Source: Macrostomum lignano (Eukaryota). From it: a stretch of DNA of 64,000 nucleotides. A model generated the notes under the pieces. It made no database searches, had not been told where the DNA came from, and was given only the letters and a program-made list of their open reading frames with translations. The stretch lies in NCBI GenBank assembly GCA_002269645.1, contig NIVC01001379.1:1-64000 (forward strand), given 5' to 3'. Shown piece after piece: positions 52,152-61,125 of this stretch (positions within the stretch are counted from its first letter, which is position 1; each line of letters begins with the position of its first letter). A program made the position numbers and the translations under genes.

Positions 52152-53738
52152 GTGGGCACCCTGGCCTTCGACGACGACATAGTCATGCCACCAGGGCTGA
52201 GGCAATTCTGCCCATTCTTCTGACTCCTGAGCGAATGCTAGCGCGAGGATACAGTACATGTACGCAGGCACGCACTGATCATATAAGGTGTACACAGTGG
52301 CCAGGCACATAAAAACACTCTCTCTGTTGCCTTGGGGACTGGCCCCTTCATAGGTGTGGGTCGCTCAAACTAGCTCGTACATGTACCAGCGAGCACAAGC
52401 TCTAAATGAATCCAGCCCAAACCAAAATTTGACCCTCGAAAAACTTCTTAGGCGCGCAAAATTCAGTTGTCGAGGCATGCACCGCGAGCAGAAGCCGTTA
52501 AAGAAATCTATTAAAAGTTACTTTTTGAAGCTCGTAATTATAATATTTGACGCTTCTTGGCTGGAATTTTTAGAATTCCAGCTGATGTCAATCAGCTAAT
52601 TTAATAAGCAGTTTCCGAATGTAATAATTGCTACTCTATGCAGGCCCATGTCGTAAGTCAAACCCATGCAGTTCGCTACAATATTGCAGTGCATAAAATG
52701 TACTTTTTAGTCTTGCAATCGAGGACTTTTTTAATAAGGACACAAAAAGTGACTCCTTTTTCTGATTTCAAAATCAGCGAATATCAATGGAAAATCGATA
52801 TTACGTACTAGCAAACAATAGTAATAGATGTACATGTAAAATTTTGCATTGTCAGCCAAATTCCTCAGATGCTAGGGTTTATTCTAAGGCATTTGAAGAC
52901 ACTTGATGAATTTACTCTTAACATTCATGATCCACAACATGTGTACACGATCTACTAGCTTTCTACTACAGATGTATGTTACATGCTTGTGTGCCTGCTC
53001 AGGGGAGTCGGCGGAATGGGCAGTAAAATTACTATCGGCCAACAGTTTTAGCAACGCCCAATTTTATTTTGGTTTTCAGAGTTGTGATATTTCGGGTTTG
53101 TGATGGCAAACCCCCCCCCCCGCAAATTTATAGTACGAGTAAAAACGGACCCCCACAACATGGACACATCTCTTTGTCTCTCTGCCACTCGGGAGCCACT
53201 TCCCACTGCAATAATCGAAGGCTTCGCTTTCAAGTCATTGCACCAGCCGTCAATATATGATTGAAGGGATTGATACTGCAATGATGACAAAACAAAACAT
53301 AACATGAAAACTTTATTAATGCATTATTGATAAAACCTGTTCTCTATATTCACCATCTTAGCATACGTTGGACTGCCAGGTAAATGAAACCAGGCATAGA
53401 AGAACTAAGATGGGAGCCAGCAGGCACACAGTACGAGGATGCAGGACCGAGTTCAAGACTTCAATGCCTGAATAACTAAGTAAGCCAGATAGGCACACAT
53501 GAACTGCTGAATTGCACAAACAAGAAAACGAAAGCAACCGGGGTTCACGAGCACATGTTTACAACAGAGTTTAAGCAGGAAAATGTCAGCAGTTCGTACT
53601 CCTGACGGGTAGTTTAAATAGAACTGACAATTCAACTGTTTCTCTGGTGACCTTCGACACAGACAATATTGAGAGTTTGTTTTACTTGATTCCATTTTTT
53701 TCTAAACAATTTTCTAAACCGATGCTCACACTATAGTC

Positions 53739-56700
53739 CTACTGCCGGCCGCCGTCATCCTGCTGACTCACCCGACGACGGAAACGCGGATCGAAGACGT
53801 CACGCCGAGCCGGAAGCTCTTCCCGCTGCTGCTGTTGTTGTTCAACAGCCGAAGCTGCCGATCGCTCGTTGAGCTGCAACCGACCGGATCTGCCACTCTG
53901 AGAACCCTCCGAATCCTGATGTTGTTGCTGATGGTGCTGGTTTCGAATCCTGGGATCTAGAAGCGACGAGGATTTTTGCGGTGGCGGCGGCGGCTGCTGC
54001 TGTTTGCCGGTCAGCCGAGGATCGTTTCCGGCGATACTTTCGGCGACAACGCTGCTAGGCAACTGCATCAGCGAGTACGGCAGCCGATCGATCGGGTCCA
54101 GGGGTAGAAGGCGCCAGGGCAGGCGGCGCTTGCAGATGGGCTGCAGAATTCGGATTGGCTTTCGTTTATTCTGACTTTTTATAATTTTTGAATAATTTTA
54201 TTGAAGTAATGGTCCTGTACATTTTCTTCTACTATGATGTAGTAGATTATGATTCTGAAGGTTTTAGGTCATTGTGTCAGATTTTGTATCATTTTGTAGG
54301 TTTAGTGGTCTGTATGTCACGTTTAGTGGTCCTTATGTCATGTTTAGCGGTCCATATTTTACGTTTAGTGGTCCTTATGTCACGTTTAGTGGTACTTATG
54401 TCATGTTTAGCGGTCCTTATTTCATGTTTAGTGGTCCTTATGTCATGTTTAGCGGTTCTTATTTCACGTTTAGTGGTCCTTATGTCATGTTTAGCGGTCC
54501 ATATTTTACGTTTAGTGGTCCTTATGTCATGTTTAGTGGTCCTTATGTCACGTTTAGTGGTCCTTATGTCATGTTTAGTGGTCCTTATGTCACGTTTAGT
54601 GGTCCTTATGTCATGTTTAGCGGTCCTTATTTCACGTTTAGTGGTTCTTATTTCACGTTTAGCGGTCCTTATGTGACGTTTAGTGGTCTGTATGTCAGGT
54701 TTCTGTTAATTTTGTAGGTTTAGTATCACTTAGTAGGTTTTTTGTGGCATTCTATGGGTTTTAAATCACTTAGTAGATTAATTAAGTGCACTTCCCACGT
54801 GGCAAAATGACTTAAAAAATTGCCCAAGAAAACGGTTACTAATGTTGCAGACTAGGGTGCCTCAGCTGTCTAAAACATATTTTAAAAGAATCATAAGTGC
54901 TTGTCTTGTCATGATAAAGCCAATTAAACACTTATACTATTTCAAGTGTCTTTAATACATTGTAAAGTGTAGAACTTCAAGTTTAATCATTTATGAGACA
55001 AGTACAATCAATAATTTTAAAGTGAGGGAGTGGTTGAACTCAAGTCACTGCCTCAAATCACGCAATATGCCCCTAATTGTATGAAGAGCTTATATTGGAA
55101 AAGTGTCAGAGGGGTGGGGTGAACAGGAGTACATTCGTGCAATGTTCACCTCTCCAGGTGCAACTGCGTCTATCCTAGTAGTGGTTCTAAATGAGTGCTC
55201 TTGCATAGTGCTTTAGCCCTAATCAATAAATTTTACTTTCAGTTTATTGATTTTCATTTTTAGTATATTGGATTGGCTTTAAAATGAGTTGATAAGGTGA
55301 GTTAGAGAAGCATTGGGTTAAATATTGTTAGTGTGACAAAGGTCAAGAAAATCAGCTCATACTCCTGAATTCTAGCTAAACTCTACGACCTATCTTCTAG
55401 AAAAGATAGTTGATTAAGCAATGCCCAACAGCTTGAAGTCCCATGACCAGTGCCAGCAGAGTGTATGTCTACTTTGTCTGCGAAAGGCTGAGCGCCGCCT
55501 GAATGACATCACAACTGTTGAGCAGTACGTCCTTCCGAATTATTCGTCTGTGCGGCATCTTCTGCCTGTTGGAGTCTGCGAGGGCTGCCGTCGAATTATT
55601 TCTTCGCTTGGAGGCCCAGCACCTCGGCCTTTGCCGCCCAGACTCAACTACGAGCAAATGCTAGCAGATCTGAGCAGCATTCCTGTGAGTCGAAGATCGC
55701 AACCAAACTGCCATTGCGAGATCTGCAAGATTGCCCGCAGCAACCTGCGCAAAAATGCAGATCCACACAGCACCTATGCAACTGGTACACTTAACTGCGC
55801 CAGAGGCCGTCCTTCAACTAGTGCAGATGCAGCCCAGGCTCCTTTGCGGCTCTGCTCTGGCTGCCACTCGCCCATCGGCAAGGGCAAGCCGCATCGCTGC
55901 AACAAAGCAACCCGGCTAGCAAATCTGAGCAGCTTGATCAGCCCTGGAACAGCAGAGCAAGTCGCTAGCACTACAGTTGCTGCCAAGCTGCAGGCCACCG
56001 GGGCAAGCACCGTTGCACTGAAAAGAGCGCAAGGAGGCAGACCTCTAGCTGTCACTGTGGCCAACACAGCCTGCAGCACACGACAGCTGGCTCCAACAAC
56101 AGCTAACACGATGCTTCGGCTGAAAGTTGCATTAAATCTCAGCAACCGGCAAACTCTGCAAGCGGCCAGCATTTTGCGAAAAGGAGCCGGCTCAGGGAAG
56201 GCTGTGCAGTCGAACTTGGGTGCAAGCCTCACTGCCAGAAGCCGGCATCTGAAAGACTTTTTTGTGAGCAAGCTGCTTGAAGTCGACAGCAAAGTGGCTA
56301 CCGCAAAAAACGCCGTGATCTGCAGTGATGTGCAAGGCCTGATTGAGAAGGTCGCTTCTGAGAGGGGCTACACGGATGTCGACGTAAAGCTTGGTCTTGA
56401 CGGAGGCGGTGGATTTTTTAAAATTTGTGCCAGCCTGCTGCATCGAGGTGATAGCCAAGAAAGTCAGTCGACAAAGGACCAGCTGTTTGCCGATTCTGGA
56501 GTAAAAAAGCTGTTGCTGCTAGCAGCTGTGCCAGACATGAGCGAGTGCTACAATAGCATCAAAGTTCTCTTTCAGCATTTGAGCCTTGGAGGAGTAACGG
56601 TGAATGCAGTAGCAGCTGACATGAAGGTTGCGAACCTCATCTGTGGCCTCCAGTCACATGCATCCAGGCATCCATGCTGCTATTGCGAGGCTCCTGTGCC

Positions 56701-59700
56701 ACTGAACACCTGTGGCCCGATGAGAACTGTTGGAAGAATACGACAGATGGCCGTGGACTTCGCCAGCAGCGGCAAAGAGAGAAGCAGTGCAAAGGATTTC
56801 TACAACTGCGTTGAGGCCCCTCTGCTTCAGGCAGACGATGAAGCCGAGATTCTGTTCGTTCTGCCTCCACCGGAGCTGCATCTGATGCTTGGCATCACGA
56901 ATCGCATCTTCGACGCATTGAACTCGGCGTGGGGCAACGACTGCGCGTATCAGTGGGCCCATGACCGCAGCATTGTGCGCGTTGGATACCGTGGCGGCAG
57001 CATGGAGGGAAACGCCTGCCGCACTCTGCTTCGCAAATCTGCAGAGCTTCATGAGTATCTGCCGCAGAACCTGAAGCCCTACGGTTCTTGTTTGATGCGT
57101 TTAGATTCCGTCGTCAGTAGCTGCTTCGGTTCCCAGCTGCATGCAGATTTCCAGCAGCACATTTTGCAGTTCAAGACTGCATTTGAGCTGCTTGGTCTGC
57201 CAATTTTCCCGAAAGTGCACGTGCTGCTGCACCACGTAGGAACCTTCTGTAGCGCCACTGGTAGCGCACTCGGCCTGTTTAGCGAACAATCCTTTGAGAG
57301 CGTGCACCGCGATTTCGCTCAAACTTGGCAGAGATTTGCTGTGCCCACGCAGCACAGCAAATTCCCAGACGCGTTGCTCTCAGCTGTCATTGCATACAAC
57401 AGCTTTCACATTTGACAATTTACTTGTAGCTTAGTTTCAAATTCCTTTTGTCTTTACTGTACGAACTTAACTTGTTCTTTGTTGAATTTCATTTAGTATT
57501 GCTTATTCTTCTACTATTTCTTAAAAATTTGTGGCCTAAATTTCAGCTTTATTTTGTTTAAATTCGCATTAATTTTTTCTTACATTTTTTCTGCTTAATG
57601 TTAATTTAATATATATTGCTCTTAGTTGGCTCTGCTTAATAGAAAAGGCCGTTAGAATAAAAATTACTATATCATGACAAGACAAGCACTTACGATTCTT
57701 TTAAAATATGTTTTAGACAGCTGAGGCACCCTAGTTTGCAACATTAGTAACCGTTTTCTTGGGCAATTTTTTAAGTCATTTTGCCACGTGGGAAGCACCG
57801 TGAGTGGTATATGATTTAGATTACGGTATTATTCCCCATATTTATTTAACATAAAGAAATTAGTCAACCAAGCCAAAAATGTTTTTGAAAAAGTATTGAT
57901 TTTCTAAAATAACTAATTAAAATAATTCCCTAATAAATTAGCAACCAGAATCTCACAGGAGCCCGGAAGACCAGAGCAGTCTGGCGAGAGCTGGCTGCAC
58001 TTTTGTCGTCAGAATCCCAGCCGGAGCCCCGCTGCTGTTCCATTGGCTCCGAATCTTCCACAACCTCTTCTTTGCAGACAGCCTGAAGCGATGTTTAGCA
58101 AGAAAACCTCATGTGATAACTTTAGCCAAATAGAACATTAAATATGGAAATATGACAAATAGAAAAAAAGTCTACTCAGATAAGAGTCCACTGGTCTGCT
58201 CAGGTCAGGTAGGAATCTACTAGCTTGATCAGGTAAGAGTCCACTGGTTTGATCAGATAAGAATTTACTAGTTTGATCGGGTAAGAGTCCACTGGTTTGA
58301 TCAGATAAGAATCTACTAGTTTGATCAGGTAAGAGTCCACTGGTTTGATCAGGTAGGAATCTACTAGCTTGATCAGGTAAGAGTCCACTGGTTTGACCAG
58401 ATAAGAATCTACTAGTTTGATCAGGTAAGAGTCCATTGGTTTGATCAGGTAAGAATCTACTAGTTTGATCAGGTAAGAGTCCATTGGTTTGGTCAGGTAA
58501 GAATCTACTAGTTTGATCAGGTAAGAGTCCATTGGTTTGATCAGGTAGGAATCTACTAGCTTGATCAGGTAAGAGTCCACTGGTTTGACCAGATAAGAAT
58601 CTACTAGTTTGATCAGGTAAGAGTCCACTGGTTTGATCAGATAAGAATCTACTAGCTTGATCAGGTAAGAGTCCACTGGTTTGATCAGATAAGAATCTAC
58701 TAGCTTGATCAGGTAAGAGTCCACTGGTTTGATCAGGTAGGAATCTACTAGCTTGATCAGGTAAGAGTCCACTGGTTTGACCAGATAAGAATCTACTAGT
58801 TTGATCAGGTAAGAGTCCATTGGTTTGATCAGGTAAGAATCTACTAGTTTGATCAGGTAAGAGTCCATTGGTTTGGTCAGGTAAGAATCTACTAGTTTGA
58901 TCAGGTAAGAGTCCATTGGTTTGATCAGGTAGGAATCTACTAGCTTGATCAGGTAAGAGTCCACTGGTTTGACCAGATAAGAATCTACTAGTTTGATCAG
59001 GTAAGAGTCCACTGGTTTGATCAGATAAGAATCTACTAGCTTGATCAGGTAAGAGTCCACTGGTTTGATCAGATAAGAATCTACTAGCTTGATCAGGTAA
59101 GAGTCCAATGGTTTGATCAGATAAGAATCTACTAGTTTGATCAGGTAAGAGTCCACTGGTTTGATCAGATAAGAATCTACTAGTTTGATCAGGTAAGAGT
59201 CCACTGGTTTGATCAGGTAAGAATCTACTAGCTTGATCAGGTAAGAGTCCACTGGTTTGACCAGATAAGAATCTACTAGTTTGATCAGATAAGAGTCCAC
59301 TGGTCTGCTCAGGTCAGGTAAGAATCTACTAGCTTGATCAGGTAAGAGTCCAATGGTTTGATCAGGCAAGAATCTACTAGTTTGATCAGGTAAGAGTCCA
59401 CTGGTTTGATCAGATAAGAATCTACTAGTTTGATCAGGTAAGAGTCCACTGGTTTGATCAGATAAGAATCTACTAGTTTGATCAGGTAAGAGTCCACTGG
59501 TTTGATCAGATAAGAATCTACTAGTTTGATCAGGTAAGAGTCCACTGGTTTGATCAGATAAGAATCTACTAGTTTGATCAGGTAAGAGTCCACTGGTTTG
59601 ATCAGGCAAGAATCTACTAGTTTGATCAGGTAAGAGTCCACTGGCCTGCTAAAACCTGCTGAAGCGTCACTCACCATCGTGGGAGACTGGGCAGATGCCT

Positions 59701-60854
59701 CAGTGTCTTCTGTTCCGCCCCCAGAGCCGCTGCTGCCAGTGCAGAACTCGCTCAGCAGGCTGGCCACAGCGTCCAGGGCGCGAGAAGCGGCTGCCACCGC
59801 TACAGGCGTCGGCTTCGTCGGCGGCAGCATCGGTGGCCGCGGCGGCGGCAGCGGCGGGTTGCGCGGTTGCAGCCGAGGCGGCGCAGAGGGGAACGGCCGC
59901 GCCGGCGGCTCCGGGCCAGAATAGGCCGGTCGCGTGAGAGACAAGCTGTAAAAAGCAGGTGTTGATGGCGGTTTGTGGCAATAAGTAGCCAATAAAATAG
60001 CGAAGCATTTACTGAGACATTTACTGGCTTATCAGAGGGAGAGAGAGAGGGAGAGAGGGAGAGAAAGAGGGAAAGAGAGGGAGAGAGGAAGGAGAGAGAG
60101 ACATTTACTGGCCAATCAGAGAGAGACATTTACTGGCCAATCAGAGAAAGAGAGGGAGAGAGGGGGAAAGAAAGAGGGAAAGTGAGAGAGAGAGAGTGAG
60201 AGCGAGGCTTTTACTGGCCAATCGGAGAGCGAGGCATTTACTGGCCAATCAGAGAGCGAGGTAAATACTGGCCAATCAGAGAGCAAGGCAAATACTGGCC
60301 AATCAGAGAGCAATGCAAATACTGGCCAATCAGAGAGCAAGGCAAATACTGGTCAATCAGAAAGTGAAGCAGTTACTGGCCAATCAGAGCGCTAGGCAAA
60401 TACTGGCCAATCAGAGAGCAAGAATTTGATTTCCATAGATTGCAAGAAAAAATGATGAAGTGAATTTTGCTATGCAGAGAAACAAGGCTGAAAGCCGCTT
60501 TATTCATAACGATTCGGTTTTCTTATGAAATCAAGTAAAAGTTTATTTCAGACTTAGCTAATTACCCTCCGCTAGAGGACGCAGGTGGAGGCAGAAGCGG
60601 CGGGCGATGCTGTTGAGGTAGAGGAAGCTGCAGAGCAGCAGGCGCGGTTTGATTCTCCGCATCGCCAGGATGCGGAAACGGCCGAGGTGGGAAATGCAAC
60701 TGTTTGAAAGGCTGCTGGTGCTCCTGCTTCATCTCCGGCTGGAGGCAATGCGGATGCTGCTGATGAACGAGAGTTAGGCGCGACTCAGAATTCACATGTT
60801 CATCTTCTGGATGCTCTTGGCCAGATTGTAGCCGTGGCAGATGTGGAGCTGGAC
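53739..60854 (-). CDS. 3' part of a Pro/Gln/His-rich protein with three DPR motifs (possibly ZC3H4/ZC3H6/Su(s)-like or another nuclear RNA-processing factor); 5' exons not identified
   Basis: Minus-strand exons 60854-60566, 59945-59675, 58082-57957, 54140-53739 have AG/GT boundaries and compatible phases (1/2/0/0), are stop-free and end in TAG. Last exon contains GNDPRL, LLDPRI, VFDPRF. Family guess is weak. Confidence 0.6.
54300..54700. repeat. 21-bp minisatellite (GTTTAGTGGTCCTTATGTCA(C/T))n
   Basis: Direct reading. Confidence 0.93.
54789..57802 (+). mobile_element. DNA transposon, Chapaev-like (CMC/Transib-RAG1-related DDE), 3014 bp, inserted antisense in an intron of the minus-strand gene
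   Basis: Left TIR 54789-54916 and right TIR 57670-57802 are reverse complements with 2 mismatches plus a 5-nt deletion near the left tip; termini CAC...GTG; AGTG on both flanks (54785-54788, 57803-57806) = 4-bp TSD; single intact ORF inside. Confidence 0.88.
55421..57415 (+). CDS. DDE transposase, 664 aa, with N-terminal Cys/His (Chapa-like) domain
   Basis: Uninterrupted ORF inside the TIRs. N-terminal H-x7-C-x2-C ... PVGVCEGC ... CHCEIC; core VKLGLDGGGGFFK (D), AADMK (D), HPCCYC, PPPELHLMLG, GGSMEGNAC, PKVHVLLHH, LGLFSEQSFESVH (E). Confidence 0.88.
   Translation: MPNSLKSHDQCQQSVCLLCLRKAERRLNDITTVEQYVLPNYSSVRHLLPVGVCEGCRRIISSLGGPAPRPLPPRLNYEQMLADLSSIPVSRRSQPNCHCEICKIARSNLRKNADPHSTYATGTLNCARGRPSTSADAAQAPLRLCSGCHSPIGKGKPHRCNKATRLANLSSLISPGTAEQVASTTVAAKLQATGASTVALKRAQGGRPLAVTVANTACSTRQLAPTTANTMLRLKVALNLSNRQTLQAASILRKGAGSGKAVQSNLGASLTARSRHLKDFFVSKLLEVDSKVATAKNAVICSDVQGLIEKVASERGYTDVDVKLGLDGGGGFFKICASLLHRGDSQESQSTKDQLFADSGVKKLLLLAAVPDMSECYNSIKVLFQHLSLGGVTVNAVAADMKVANLICGLQSHASRHPCCYCEAPVPLNTCGPMRTVGRIRQMAVDFASSGKERSSAKDFYNCVEAPLLQADDEAEILFVLPPPELHLMLGITNRIFDALNSAWGNDCAYQWAHDRSIVRVGYRGGSMEGNACRTLLRKSAELHEYLPQNLKPYGSCLMRLDSVVSSCFGSQLHADFQQHILQFKTAFELLGLPIFPKVHVLLHHVGTFCSATGSALGLFSEQSFESVHRDFAQTWQRFAVPTQHSKFPDALLSAVIAYNSFHI
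58185..59645. repeat. 24-bp units alternating as a 48-bp dimer (GATCAGGTAAGAGTCCACTGGTTT / GATCAGATAAGAATCTACTAGTTT), intron of the minus-strand gene
   Basis: Direct reading; source of the DSYLIKPV/DSYLIKLV pseudo-ORF. Confidence 0.96.
60020..60420. repeat. GA-rich tract plus ~30-bp repeat (TACTGGCCAATCAGAGAGC) containing CCAAT in each unit
   Basis: Direct reading. Confidence 0.88.
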
Positions 60855-60895
60855 CTGGGATGTGAGAAGCATGAGATCAGTTCGAGATGAGTGAT

Positions 60896-61120
<225 letters not shown>

Positions 61121-61125
61121 AATAT

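Noticed and set aside
58200-59609. 469-aa DSYLIKPV-repeat ORF
   Set aside because: 24/48-bp minisatellite inside an intron.
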